In this document: positions 37,667 through 52,221 of the stretch, in pieces
Numbering within the stretch: the first letter of the stretch is position 1
Layout: each line of letters begins with the position of its first letter
Assembly: GCF_006345805.1 (NCBI RefSeq)
Contig: NC_043005.1
Coordinates: forward strand, 96,782,001-96,846,000
From: Octopus sinensis
Lineage: Eukaryota
Direction: 5' to 3'
DNA length: 64,000 nucleotides
Notes under the pieces: model-generated
What the model saw: only the letters and a program-made list of their open reading frames with translations
Databases searched by the model: none
Told to the model about the DNA's origin: nothing
Program-made: the position numbers and the translations under genes

Positions 37667-39250
37667 GCGCATCAAAAGACTCAGTAAAAAAATCAACCAA
37701 TTAAAATACTCCCTCATATAACATCCACATTCAACAACAATGAAAAGGCTGGTGTTGGAAAAACTTCATCTACAGACCGACAGAAAACCTCCATTGAAAA
37801 TCAAAGAGCTGCGGAGGAACATCAACAAAACCCAAAAGTGTTCTATTCTTATGCAAATAAGCATAGAACCGCTGTCTCACCCATTGGGCCATTCAACGAT
37901 GTTAACGACATTCCCCGACACGATGCTAAAGAAATGGCAGAAATACTGCAGAAACGATACTTCTCTGTCTTCAGTGATCCCACTAATATTGACGTAAGAG
38001 AAGCGAACGAAGGTGATTCCCATCATAAAATCTCGGACATAACTTTCACTGCCTCTGACAGCATAGCAGGAATAAATGAGGTCAAATACTATTCTGCTGT
38101 AGGCCCTGATAGATTCCCCACTGGTCTCTTGAAGGAATGTAGACACCAGCGTGCAGTCCCTCTGAGCAACCTCAGGAGAAATTCTTTAGACTCAGCTTAT
38201 ATACCGAAACAGCTCCTAACCCAGGTTTTCAAACAAGGAAACAGATCCCTCGCAGTCAACTATCGCCCAATCTCACTCACCTCCCACATTAAAGTGTTTG
38301 AAAGAGTGGTAAAATCAAGGACAGCTGGCTTCCTTGGAGATCCACAAACTCCTAAATGCAAATCAGCATGGCTTTCGCTGTGGCAGAGACAGTCTAACAC
38401 AGCTCTTACACCACATTGAAGATATACTTAAAGCCTTGGGAACAGATTCCAACTCTTATGTTATATATCTTGACTTAAGTAAAGCGTTCGACAGAGTTGA
38501 CCATAATATCTTACTCTCAAAATTGGCAAATGGAATCCGTGGAAAATTTCTACGCTGGATTAAGTATTTTCTGGCGAATAGAACACAACATGTTGTGGTT
38601 GATGGAGTCCACTTAAGCCCAGCAAAAGTTACCAGTGATGTCCCTCAGGGGCCTGTCTTGGGCCCGTTCCTCTTTGTAATTTACATAAATGACCTTTCCA
38701 GCGTCGTAAATCACTGCAAAGTTAAAATATTTGCTAATGACACTAAGCCCCAGCAAATCATCAATGAAGACCGAACTCAACTCCAGTCTGATCTATATGC
38801 TGTGAGTCAATGGGCAGACAAAAACAAAATGCAACTAAACGAGGGAAAATTTGAACTGATGCATTTTGGAAGAAAGTCTATACTAAAACAGCCATACTCT
38901 CTTCCTTCAGGGGAACCGCTCACAGCATTTAATAATATCAGAGACCTGGGTGTATTTGCTGGCAACAATCTCAGTTGGAGTGCCCACATCAACAATAAGG
39001 TCGATATAGCTCGTAGGATGAGCTCCTGGATCTTAAGAACCTTCCGGTCCAGAGAACAAGGTGTCCAGAGAATATAGGTCCCCTGCCCAATTCAGTATCA
39101 CAACATATAGGTAAACTACGACACAATTTTTTTCCTGCCTTGTTTAACATTGTCCCAAAACTGATCAAAGAGGAAAAGGAACCAATCATCTTTAAACGGA
39201 GTCTGGACAAATTTCTTCAAGGAATACCAGATAAGCCTTCCATACTACAA
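37665..39250 (+). mobile_element. CR1-clade LINE, 5'-truncated and degenerate
   Basis: ORFs 37838-38419 and 38334-39077 contain YRPISLT, GFRCGR, YLDLSKAFDRVDH, VPQGPVLGPFLF and FAND; related to 25935-29208. Confidence 0.88.
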
Positions 39251-39519
39251 TATATATGAGGACTGACTTTAATTTAGACGATATTAATAACATTCAACAA
39301 GTAGAATGCTGCACATGCGCCTGCCACAAAAGAGGAAATAGACAGTACTTTGTCCCAATGTTTAATCTTTTTTGCCCTTTGGACATTAAGGTATAGTTTT
39401 AAAAAAATTTGGCTGCTGTTTCCAGCAGATCGAGAGAACATGTAGAAGTTTATCTGTGTTAATCTTCATGACAATGTAGATCAGCACAGACGATATAGGC
39501 CAAATGGAAGTTACCGATT

Positions 39520-41290
39520 GACTAAAAATGCATAACTTCATTATTCATTTCTAGAAAAAAAAAGAAAAAGAAAAAGAAATGAATGCCGCTTTCTTTATCA
39601 GCATGCAAGGAGTACATTTTGGGGAAAATAATCTGAAAATTTCAATAATTTCAATTGGCTGGAAGAAATGTAACACGGTCCCATGTAGCGAAAAACTTTA
39701 GGAAAACATTGGACAGTTAAACACTACCATTTAAGTGCAAAGTTATTAATTCATCAATTATGATCTGCGAGTTTATGATAGATTATCTAAAGTCTATGGG
39801 GACTGTCGACAAAAAATACAAACGGATAAATTAATTGCCCTAAAATACAAAACGTGGGCGGTAAATGAATATCATTATTAAAAAATCCTTCGCGAAGGAA
39901 AAACGATCAATCTTAAAGTTAAGATAAATCCATAATTGATGTATCCCAGTATGAAAGTAAATCACGAAAATTGTGGAAGACTCACCCACCACCATCAGCT
40001 CGATGATTTAGAATCATTATGAGGAGGGATCTGGAATGTAAAAAAGTAAGAAACATGGAAAGCAGTTAGATGAGCTACGGAGTGAATACTGTGCAAAATT
40101 TACTCACGAAATTTATATGAACAGTTGCAAATCTTCCGAATGGGAAGTTACTTGGAAGGGATCTGATACTGGCATAGAAATTGGTTTTTGGCTTAGAAAG
40201 CTTACATTCTATAGGGCAGCCTTCATTAACCTGTTCAAAAGAACGACTGATTGAGATGTCAGATTGGTTGACAGTTGCACGTCAGGAAACGCATGCGACC
40301 AAAATATACAGGCCCACAGCATACATGAATGTGATATATAAATTATACAAAGGTTGCCTAAATATTTTATCTAGGATCACTGTGAAACTTATAAGGTAAT
40401 GAAGAAAGAGCAGGAGGATCGAAAAGAACCCGGGGCAGTGCCGAACAAAGCATCAGGAAAAACGCTGTCTTTACGGAAGCGAAGCAGCACTGCCGGCTGA
40501 CGAGACTATGAAAAGGCAGTTCACACTGTTCCCCATTCGTGGATTATGGAGTCACTTTGCGTTGCTCAGTTTCAACTGTAAAAGTCAAGGACGTTAAGAG
40601 GCTGATAGCAAGGTAGTTCACAGAGCAAACGTTGAGAACTAAAGCTAGCAGGCTATCAGCAAATATACTTCGAAGTAGCAGTGAACTAATTTTCAACCCT
40701 GTTAAAAAAATACAAAGGCTACATGATAGAAGCTGCAGAGGAAAGAAAGATGAACTTCACTAATACAGGTTTTATTGAAAATTTTAAACTGTATTAGCAG
40801 TTAGAATTGGTATCAATATCCTTCCGGAACATAGAAATGCGGTTTGTTCAGGATACGTGTTCATATTTGGTAGACAAACAAGGAAAGATAGCCAACCAGA
40901 CAAGGGATATAAATATCGATGGCCTCCTCTATCTCCCCTATCACCAGTGACAAATGTCACTAATGCCCTGGAATCGTCGAGAATATTGCATATTTTGGTG
41001 CTGTGAATAAAGCTAAAGTGACAAAAGAATACTTCAATAGGTTTCAGATGTGGAAGTCAAAGCTGTTTGCGTTCATCAAAACTCTATCCCAAAGTGCTTT
41101 CCAAACACTAGTTCTGGTACCAACATTGAGAAAATCCGACCGGACTCTTGAAGAAATCTGCAGCTTGGACATCAAGACTAGGGACATCCACACCAACACA
41201 GACACTGACAGGATCTATGTTAAACAGAGGGATGGAGGAAGAGACATAAGATCCACCCGACGGCCTTCGAGTGCCGCATTGTGTCACACA
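39520..41290 (+). mobile_element. Degenerate R4/Dong-like non-LTR retrotransposon
   Basis: KAKVTKEYFNRFQMWKSKL and LEEICSLDIKTRDIHTNTDTDRIYVKQRDGGRDIRS resemble the R4/Dong HP.SD.DRLY..R..GGRGL motif; the 5' boundary is uncertain. Confidence 0.55.
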
Positions 41291-41634
41291 CATGCATATA
41301 TATTTTCGCAACACCGGTGATTATTTATTCACTATTTTCCTACAATTTTGTCTCGGTTTGCAGTTGGGTGTTGGCTGTGAGTTCATGCTATTTGATAATA
41401 CCCAACGAAGAAGAAAGTAGTCAGCATTCTCACCAGCAATAGCTGGGACAATTTTCGTTTGCTTTCTCTATATATAGTGATTTTAAACAAAGCATGTCTA
41501 TAAGAGAGAGCTCAGGACGAATAGTGCGGTAACTTTGCTTTCACGAGGAATTTACATTAAGTATGATACACAGATGGCAATTTTAATCTAATACTGCTTT
41601 AGTCGCATGTAACGGATACATACATACACACACA

Positions 41635-41693
<59 letters not shown>

Positions 41694-41874
41694 TATATTG
41701 GCAAACGAAATAGAGATAAGAATGTGCATTGTCTGTTTGATTAGAAAATTCTATAAGTGGCTGAAGATTGCTCGACATTTTAAAACTGATGCAATACTTA
41801 CAGTGTTTAATAAAATGAAGTAGCATGAAACGATTGTACCACATTACCTCGGATATACTTGTTGCTTATTTTAA

Positions 41875-41924
<50 letters not shown>

Positions 41925-41925
<1 letters not shown>

Positions 41926-42772
41926 GTAAATATTAGAGAGCCAACTTTGAATATGTTAACTCTAGTGCTAGAAATAGATCCGACCGGTAAAAGTCGCCGA
42001 CGATAATTCCACATAGAAATAGCACCACAGTCAACGCTATGAAATTAAATTACTACTAAATAATGGATTAATGTTGTACAATTGTTTCTTCATTAACAAA
42101 ATGCAGATTATACTTACATAATTCGTCAGCAACATTTGTCAATATATTTGATCAGACCCTTACAAGCGACGATTCTCATATGGTCCGATGAATTACATTC
42201 TGTTGTAGTTACAAATTTCCCGCCGAAAGTAAATGCTAAGTGGAAGTGAATACCGCATGTAATATTTACTGCAGCATATCAAATCAATACATTCAATAAT
42301 GAGGGTAAATAAAATTATAGATATTAATTCAATAATACCCTTATTTTAACACCAAGCGACCTAGCACAAAAAAACGAGGATACAAATTCATATTTATCCG
42401 TAAATATTAGAGAGCCAACTTTGAATATGTTAATTCTAGTGCTAGAAATAGATCCGACCGGTAAAAGTCGCCGACGATAATTCCACATTTTGTTAATGAA
42501 GAAACAATTGTACAACATTAATCCATTATTTAGTAGTAATTTAATTTCATAGCGTTGACTGTGGTGCTATTTCTATGTGGAATTATCGTCGGCGACTTTT
42601 ACGGGTCGGATCTATTTCTAGCACTAGAGTTAACATATTCAAAGTTGGCTCTCTAATATTTACGGATAAATATGAATTTGTATCCCCGGTTTTTTGTGCT
42701 AGGTCGCTTGGTGTTAAAATAAGGGTATTATTGAATTAATATCTATAATTTTATTCACTCTCATTATTGAAT

Positions 42773-42775
<3 letters not shown>
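41925..42775. repeat. Retrozyme/pLTR-like ~474-nt monomer with partial tandem copy and inverted copy
   Basis: 41925 recurs at 42399 (period 474); 42486-42775 is the reverse complement; flanked by (TA)n. Confidence 0.8.
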
Positions 42776-42834
<59 letters not shown>

Positions 42835-42883
42835 ATATATATATAATATATATAATATATAATATATATATATATATATATTA

Positions 42884-42955
<72 letters not shown>

Positions 42956-42957
<2 letters not shown>

Positions 42958-43236
42958 AGGCGCAATGACCTAGTGGTTAGGGCAGCGGACTTGCGGTCGT
43001 AGGATCGCGGTTTCGATTCCCAGACCGGGCGTTGTGTGTGTTTATTGAGCGAAAACACCTAAAAGCTCCACGAGGCTCCGGCAGGGGGTGAGGATCCCTC
43101 CTGTACTCCTTCACCACTCTTTCTTCAGTTGGCCTGCTCGCTTAGTCAGCGGGGTGGCGTCATTCGAAGGCTAAAACAATGCGAACGTATTGTGACCAGC
43201 GATGTGTAACAACATCTGATGGTCTGGTCGGTCACG
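42956..43236 (+). mobile_element. tRNA-derived SINE family 1
   Basis: A/B boxes; matches 13404-13701. Confidence 0.8.
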
Positions 43237-43251
43237 AAAAAAAATATATAT

Positions 43252-43311
<60 letters not shown>

Positions 43312-43672
43312 TAATAATATATAGGAGTGCAAGACTCTACCTGTTGTACTTGTCTCCTTCCTTCATACACACACATTTATGTATGTATATACGTTATATG
43401 TCTGCAGGTGTAGATGTTTTTGTCAGACAGGGGGCTGTATTTGTGTATATACATATATAACTCATTTGTATATACGTTTTCCGTGTATGTATATGCATGT
43501 GCGTATGAACCACGTTTTGTATATTCGCGTATGTATGTGTATGTGCGCGTGTGCGCGCTTGTTTATGTGTGTGCGTGTGTATGTTTATGTGTATGTGTGG
43601 TGTGTGTGTATATATATATATTTAAATAGGATACCATTATTATTAAAACCAATAACAACAATAAAGTGACCA

Positions 43673-43833
43673 GCAAAACTAGGTAAAATGTACATAAAAA
43701 TTAGGGTAGAAAATATACCAGCTCTGCTAGAAAGAAGAGTCAATCTCCAAACTTTTTAGAGAGTTGACACTTTTTTCTAGCATAGATGGTACATTTTGTA
43801 CCCTAATTTTTATGTATATTTTACCTATTTTGC
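43673..43833. repeat. Imperfect ~160-bp palindrome (MITE-like)
   Basis: AGGTAAAATGTACATAAAAATTAGGGTA.. pairs with ..TACCCTAATTTTTATGTATATTTTACCT; loop about 11 nt. Confidence 0.7.
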
Positions 43834-44824
43834 TTAAGCTTGCTGGCCACTTTATTGTTATTATTGTTTTTAATAATAATATCTCATTCAAATTTTTAAC
43901 TTACCCACTATTGTTCGTTTTTAAATGTCGCGAAACCAGTCAAGTAAAACGACGCGCGCGGTGTAGTGAATATATTTTGAAAAATAGTTGTATACAGTAA
44001 GCTCAGCTGATGATCCTCAGTGCTGGTTAGCGCAAAAGGTAAAATCAATTCATACTGAGATGTTTGTACTTTTCTTTGTAGTTTTGAAAGGATAAGGGCT
44101 ATTTTTATCATATTCACTCAATAACCGTGAAAGTCTACTTACAATGAAATATATGGCGTTGGAGAGCATAGCTGGTACCTTTTGTACCATAATATATATA
44201 TATATATGATCAAAATAAGCAACAAGGATATCCAAGGAAGTGTAGTACAATTGTTTCATGCTACTTCATTTTATTAAACACTGTAAGTATTACATCAGTT
44301 TTAAAATGTCAAGCAATCTTCAGCCACATATAGAATTTTTTAATTAAAATGGACAAACATAAAACAGTATATATATATACTGGCACGCACATACAAATGC
44401 ACACTATGTATGTACACAGACACACTCACACATGGACCCAGTTATTTACAGATGATATGTATCTTCTGCTTTTACTCTGTTCTGTTGTCAGCCAACTTTT
44501 GTCCTCTGTATCTCTTAAAGACCAACTAGTTGCTCACGCACATGACTAACCAACAACAAAGGCGCCAACAGGCTTCTGTGCAAACTATCAAAACTATCCA
44601 TTGAATCGTTTAGATCTTTACAATGTAACAAAGCTTCTTTTCACATAATCATAAACCAAGCTGCTTCTATTAATTATTTCATTTTGATTAATTACTCTTA
44701 ATACAGTTTTCTTTCTTTCATGTTAAAATTTGCGCATGATTTCCCTTAAAAAATATCACCTCAGGAATGTAGAACATCAGCTATTATACACACACACAAC
44801 ACACACACACACACACACACACAC

Positions 44825-44894
<70 letters not shown>

Positions 44895-45202
44895 TATATA
44901 TATGTATATATGTATATATAAGGTCAGTAGTGTTAGCGGTTGGAATAACTATCCAAGGGATAAGAATATCCGTCTTACTACAGGTATGAATTACCCATGT
45001 TAACCCTGGGCATACATATACAAGCATATTTGCATATTTTGCTCATAGGCTACAGGCAATAGCAAAAATAAACAAAAGTTTATCTGTAATCAATTTTAAA
45101 TTAAGTAGAAAATGGAGGAATCTCCATTATATATATATATATAAACTTGCTTGGGAATGGGTGCGTGGCGTTCAATTATATAATAATATTAATATATATA
45201 TA

Positions 45203-46110
45203 CTAGAAGTATCGCCCGGCGTTGCTCGGGTTTGTAAGGGAAATAACTATAAAGCATTTTTAGAGAGTTATAGCCAAAAAATAGCAAAAAAATGCATTAA
45301 AAATGGAAAAAAATTATAGTAAATTTTTTTTAAATCGTTGACTCATCGTAGACATTTTTAGAGAGTTACTTCCCTTATATAATAGTAAAAAAAATGCATT
45401 AAAATGGAAAAAAATGATGGTAAATTATTTTTTAAATCGTAGACTCATCGTAGACGCGCGCTAATACCCAGAAGGGCTCGATATGAATCACGACTATAAG
45501 ATACCCGGTTTTGGTTAAACTGCACCGCAAAATGTGGGAGTAGGTAGGAATCTAAATCGTAGGAGACAGACATACAACTTCACTTTTATATATAAAGATT
45601 TGTGCAACAACTAAAACATTCGGTTGTGCAGATTGTTTGCACAGGAAACCTGCCCTGTGTGGCGGTTTTTGCCGTTTTTGTGGATCTGTTTCAGCTTTTT
45701 TAGCGATTTCTGTTTTGGCGACTTCAAGCCATGAAGTCGTTGTTCTAAAAGAACGCTGGTCTCCTTGACAACGCTTTACGACGTTGATTTCCTTACACTC
45801 CCTTCCCCACAGCTTCACGAGGGAAGGAAGAAGGGGGAGAAGCAACACAGGTGCAGGTGTGAGGATGGACGCCAACTCCGCCGCCATCAACACACGAACA
45901 AATATGCGTTAAAATGAAAAAAATTATGATAAATTATTTTTAAAATCGTAGACTCATCGTAGACGCGCGCTAATAGCCAGACGGGCTCGATATGAATCAC
46001 GACTATAAGATACCCGAATTTGGTTAAACTGCACCGCAAAATGTGGGAGTAGTTAGGAATCTAAATCGTAGGAGACAGACACTCACACAACTTCACTTTA
46101 ATATATATAT
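45203..46110 (-). mobile_element. Two tandem non-autonomous Helitron units
   Basis: Unit 45203-45598 has both termini (TCTTTATATATAAAA start, hairpin-CTAG end); unit 45599-46110 repeats the body without the 3' terminus. Confidence 0.75.
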
Positions 46111-46750
46111 ATATATATATATATATGCATATATACATAAATATATGTACATACGTCACAAAACGTAAGCAGATTAGAATAATAATAAGAATAAGTCCTG
46201 GGGTCGACTTGCTCGACTAAAGGCAGTGCTCCAGCATGGCCACCGTCAAATGACTGAAAAAAGTAAAAGAGTAAAAGAGTAATCCCAGTAACAAGAACAA
46301 CATTTTGTAGCCGAGCGCATACCCAGATCTCCACATTACGACTCTGAGCAAGTATTACTGCCTTTGCTGTCATAAGCAAGCATGAAGCAATAAGATATTA
46401 TTCCATTTTCTCTGGTTTTCTACTAAATTTCACCGCTAGAAACAAGCGAACTACGCTGTTTTACAATAACGATAAATCAAAAATAATTTGAAGTCATGTG
46501 GAAATATAAACAGATATACATTATATATGCCATTGACTCGGTCTTGAATACATAGCAACCAGTTACGCACGAAAACAAAATATTCAACATTTATCCTTCA
46601 GATAATATTTAGATTTAGTAATCTCGCTAATGTTTTCTTCTAACAAGTGTGTTACATAGAAACACACACGTTCAAATATAACCATCCATATACTGATAAA
46701 TATGCGCATGCATAAATTTGCACTGTACATAGAAATGTATGAATATATAT

Positions 46751-46792
<42 letters not shown>

Positions 46793-47086
46793 GATAGATA
46801 GATAGATAACTTTTTATTGTAGCCACACAGGGCTAAACACAGAATAAAAATGGACGAAATACAATGTAGAATGTGGGATGGGTGGGATGGGTGGGGCACA
46901 AAAAAAAACGTTTGATCAATAGGGATCTGTGGGTTGTGTGGTGTGTAAAAAAGCAATATATATATAAAGTTCACAGTTTAGGTGTAGCCTTGGAAAGAAA
47001 AACCTACAAAAAAGACTAAGGTCACCTCAGAGAGTTCGAAAATGAACACATCAGTAAGTCACCTTACCTCTCGTTGTCTCTTTTGG

Positions 47087-50000
47087 TTACAGATTTACGC
47101 TTAAAATAAAGTCGTCTTTCATACTGACCATTTTTGCCACTTTTACCCACTTTTTATAAAAACATTCGTTCGACAAAGCCTTCCTCTCTATTCTCATCCT
47201 CCTTTTCAAGTGGTACTTGAAAAAGTTGACGAGAGACTGACCAGAGAGGTAGGTGTTTGTTTGCAGTCCTTTCAAACGCGTCCACCACACACATTCTTTC
47301 GCCATAGCCATCAGCGTAACGAAAACCGTTTTCCCTTCCCGTTTAAAGGAAGGTGGTGGAACAATATTCACGATAGACTCGGCCGATAAGCGGGCCCGTC
47401 CTACACGCGACAACAGCTGTTCGACGAAGGTTCACAGCTCTGAAATATCTGGACACTGCACGAGTGCGTGCAGAACGGTTTCGTCGCTCTGACTGCATCT
47501 CGGGCAGGTCGGTCCGGTGATGGTTTTCGAACCGTGCCTGTAGCTCTTCTCTCGAACAGGTAGTGCGTCTCGATAGCATTGCCAAGCCAAGGATTTCTGG
47601 AAGTTATCCATAGGCCCCGGTCCGAACGTCGTCCTGAACAGGCGGGTTAGGTATTTCTCGTCGACGCCCAGGTTTGCTCCGAGTGTGTCGTCGGACCTTC
47701 CCTCCACTAGTCCTCTATAGAACGCTTTAGTCGTTTGTAAGTTGCACAAGTTTGACCCCGGTCGGCAGAGCTGCTGTAGAGCTTGGCGACACTCTCAGTG
47801 CCAATCGCCCAGTTTCGGTCTCTTCTTGATCCACGTTTGCAGTTCGGTCAGTGAGACGAGCTGCAGGAAGGCGCGCCTCACAAACGGCGCCCACACCTGT
47901 TCACCGTCGTCGATGAAGTTCCAGAGATGTCGCAGTCTCAGCGCATGCCTGCGCATCATCAACCACGGCATGCCCAGTCCTCCATTCAACGGATGTTGAC
48001 AGCAAATGGACTTCCTCACCATCGGAACGCCACCCTTCCACAGGAAGCGGAAGAGTATGCGCTCCAGTTTGGTGATGGTGGCGTCGGGACAAGGCACGAC
48101 AGTCAGGCGGTAATCGATGACGGATGCGATGTACGCGTTCGCCACCTCCGCCCGACCTTTTAGAGACAGCTTTCTCTCGGCCCATGTTTGGCTGAGAGCG
48201 ACCACTCTACTCGTGATCCCGTCCCAGTTCTTATCCATTTGGAGGTCCGGACTGAACGAGACCCCGAGCAATTTAACCGGTCCGTCCGTTCAGCGTCCCA
48301 CTACTGAGCCGCAGTCGGACGGCATGGGCTTGCTTCTCCAGGTGCCGAGTAGCAAACCCACTGACCTTTCCTGGTTAATCTTCGCTCCCGTCACCGTTTC
48401 GTATTTTCTTAGTGTCTCGCCTATCATCTGGATGTGGTTGTCGCTCGACACTATGACGGTGACATCGTCCACATATGCCGACACGCTCGTCCCGCAACCC
48501 AGTTCTCGTGGGATGCCCCTCAGTGTCGCCAGCTTCCGCAGTAGCGGCTCGAGAGTCAATACATACAGAAGCGCCGACAGGGGACACCCCTGACGGACCG
48601 AACGCGTGATGTCAAACGGTTTAGACAGGTGACCGTTCACCCGAATCACCGATCGGATGCCGCTATACAAGGCAGCGATCCAACCGCGGAAGACGGGACT
48701 GAAGCCAGCCGCCCTGAACGGCCGTCAAGTACCGATGGTCGACCCTATCGAAGGCTTTAGACTGATCCAAATTGATCAACGCCCCACCCATGCCAGGATC
48801 CTTAACTACCCTGTCCACAATGTAGCGCATCAGATGGAGGTTGTCATGTATGGTTCTGCCCGGCACGGCGCATGTTTGCGCCCTGTCGACCAGTTTACCA
48901 ATGACAAGCGCCAACCTCTCGGCTATTACTTTGGCCAAAATTTTCAAATCTGCGTTGAGCAGAGTCATGGGCCTGAAATTATCTATAAAATTCCCCTTGT
49001 TTGGGTCTTTCTTCAGCAACGTCACTGCACCTCGGCTCACGAAACCGGGGATTCTCCCGTTTTGTTGCCAGTTGCAGTAGACTGATGCCAAGAGGTCGCC
49101 AAACAAGTCTGGCATTTGACAATACAGCTCGTAGGGTAAACCATCCAATCCAGGCGACTTATCCCTCGCGCAGCCCGCCATCGCATCCCGCACGTCAGCG
49201 GCTGTGATGGCATTGAGTTGTTGGTCGAGAGCCATCCTCGCAGCCAGCACGTTGGTTGTGCTGCCAGTAGTAAGTGCCTCTTCTAGTTTCTTAACCAGGT
49301 CTCCCTCTACTCTATTTCGATCTATCGCTAATTCCTTGCTAAACCTAATTGATTCCGATTTTATTGCCATTTTCAGGGCGAACCACCAGCGGTTGTTAAC
49401 GACGGCTCCCGTCAGCGCCCTCTTAATTAACTCGCTAATCCGGTTCCTGTAAACCTGTCGCGCTAAAGCGACGTGTTCAGTTTCCAGTAGCCGGGACCCT
49501 GTCTATGTGTCTTATCTAAGTCGAGCGTACACGTCACAAATTTGTGATCTGTGTAGCTGACTATTTTAAATTGTGGACATCCTACACTATCCCTATCCGC
49601 TGTCCTGCATAGAATTCTATCTAGATAATATCTCGACGATCCTACCTTTTTTTGACCTAGTCCACGTTGGCACGTTCTGATGGTCGAGTCGGAACCTGTC
49701 AGACAAATGGAAACGTCGGAGTAGGTCTTTGAGGCACTTACACCCCCTTCTATTCCTATCCATTCCCACATAATCTAGATGCGTGTCCAAGGTAGCGTTC
49801 CAATCCCCTACTAACAGTAAAGGTCTAGACGTCTGAAGAAATCCGCCCGACCCGTTAAGGACGGTGCATAAACTGCCATCAGACGGAATGCACACCCATT
49901 TCTGCCATCCACGTCCAAGACAACCAGCCTACCCTCCGGGTCTAGGAATATTGTTCTTACTTTTACATTTAGACTCTTTCGAAAAAGCACCGATGTACCT

Positions 50001-50203
50001 CCACCACCCATGTTCGGCAGACAGGGAGAAAAATAGATGTCGAATTGATCGCCAAACATGGACGCGAGGGCCCGCGGCTTGCTGAGTTTGGTTTCACTGA
50101 TAGCTACTATATCCACGTTCAGTGACTTGATGTCGTTTCGAAGGTAACCTTGCTTCCAAGCCGACGCCAAGCCACGCGCATTCACACAACCTAATTTAAG
50201 CAT
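47087..50203 (-). pseudogene. Tx1-like ORF2 (APE plus RT plus Cys-rich tail), frameshifted
   Basis: LGCVNARGL, ISETK, GGGGT, VYAPS, VGDWN, YTDH, PGYWKLN, KSPGLDGLPYE, NFRPMTLLNADLKILAK, LDQSKAFDRVDH, VRQGCPLSALLY, AYVDD. Confidence 0.88.
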
Positions 50204-50277
50204 AATTGAAGTTTAAGACATTTGTGTTTCACACACTATATTGGAAGAGACAAGAGGCAAGAGGGAAGGTCACTTAC

Positions 50278-52221
50278 TCATTTCGAAAGTTTCATTTTTT
50301 CTTCTTCTTTTGTAGTGTTTTTGACGAGGTGTTTGTATAGTTTTTTTGAGAGGTATCGTTGAAACCCCCCTACCGCATTTGGAAATATTGTTTTCAGTGT
50401 ATGGTGTTGTGTTTGTGTTATGTGTACAATTCTTATGTGTTTCGGTGGTGTGGTGCGCGGATGATTATTTGTTTTAAAGTCATCTTCACAAATGTTCGTG
50501 TTGGAATCCATTAATTTTTTATTGTCTGTGTCTATTGCAGTTAGTTGTGTGTGTGGTTTTGCGGGTTCATTGATTATTTTGATTGTCTAGGGGGATGCTG
50601 TCCGGAGTTAAATATCTCTCTGCTTTACTTACTTGTTTGGTGGGCTTTTTTGGTATTTTCCTTTTACGCCCTGTGGCTATTTGTCATTCCGTCGAACTTT
50701 CGTCGTTGGACGACGAGTCCGACGAATCATAAGGGGGTAAAGGCAAATCATTTGCGTTAATATGTATGCTTGTAGAAATTGTTGCTGTTTTGTGCGGTGT
50801 TTGTGTTGTTGTGGTGTTAGGGGTAGAATTTGTCTTCTCGTCACTGTTTTCTGTCTTTTTAGTTGTCGTCCCCGGTGTTGGTGTTCGTCTATATTTTGTT
50901 GGTTCAGTATGTTGAATTGGCTGCGACGTCAACGGTGATTATGTTGGTGCTGTTTCTTTTCTTGGTGATGTTGTTGGGGTTTGTTTGCTGGTTTGTTGTT
51001 TTTCTTGGCATTATTCCATAATTGAGTGTGTTGGTGTTGGTGTTGGCAACAAGGATTTTTTATTTGTTTTCTGATTTGTTGTTTCTTGTTGTTTTCTGTG
51101 CCAGAGCACACTTGGCAATTAAATGTTCTGGGCTGCCACGGTTGTAGCATCTAGGCTTTTTGCCTTCTGCTACAACATATAGGCTTTGCCCGTTTTCTAA
51201 ATGGATCCTATCAGGTTCTCGATAGAGGACCCCTCAATCTGGATGGTCACTACTATTGTTTTACCACCCAAATTGTCGTTTTTGTACACGGCGGTTTCTA
51301 ATATGTTTATCGTTTTCAAATGGTAACAGATCGCTCCTGTTATCCATTTGTTAGGTATCTCGGGGGGTACATTTTTAATGCTAATTCTACTCACTCTCTG
51401 GCCTTTGTAATATGGGACCATGATGATTTCATTATTTTGCAAAGACTCCGTAGAGAGAGCTTTTGCCACTTCCTGGTTAGGGAAGCGGACCACCACTGTA
51501 TTAAACTGGGGACCCCAGTTTATACATTCTTTTTTTTCATTATGTTTTTTAAACACTTTTCTATGTCCGTTTTTGTAATCTGTTCATTTTGTTTTTTGTT
51601 TTTTTTTATAATTTTATATATAATTGTCTTATTTTCTATTTGTTCCTTTATGTGTTGAGGTGTATGCAGCACTAAATCCTGCCCTTGGGTTATAAAGAGT
51701 GCTCTCGTTTCTATTAACTCTTCATTCGTAAATTTAATTATTCCTTTTTTCTGACGCAAGGCGTCAGCGAAATTTACTATTATGTTGTCGTTGTGTGTTT
51801 TTGTTGTTGTTGTATCCGAAATATTCTTGTACGTGGCTTTTACGGGTACTGTTGATTCTATTATATTAACATCTTCACTATTAGATGGTAAAATATTTAT
51901 TTCATTTTTGTTGTTGTTCTTCTTGTTGTTGTTGTTTTTGTTAATAGTATTAACGTAAGTTTCATTTTTATCATTTATGTTGGTGGCGGTGGTGGTGGTG
52001 GTGGTGGTGGTGGTGGAGGTGGTGGTGGTGGTAGCAGTTGTAGTCTCGTTGTTGTTGTTGTTAGTGGTGGTGGTGGTGACAGGGCTGTTACCGCAAGTGG
52101 TTGCAGCGTTCACTATCACGTCACTCAAGTTTGTCTTTATTGAATGTGTGTGCGTGCATAAGTTCTTTTTTTCTCCTAACGTTTCAAGTCTAGGAAAATG
52201 CTGGTCCATAAAGGAACACAA
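50278..52221 (-). pseudogene. Tx1-like ORF1 (RRM-like region, zinc knuckle, low-complexity T/N tracts), frameshifted
   Basis: VVVRFPNQEVAKALST..YKGQRVSRISIKNVP; knuckle read as KPRCYNRGSPEHLIAKC near 51115-51165. Confidence 0.7.
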
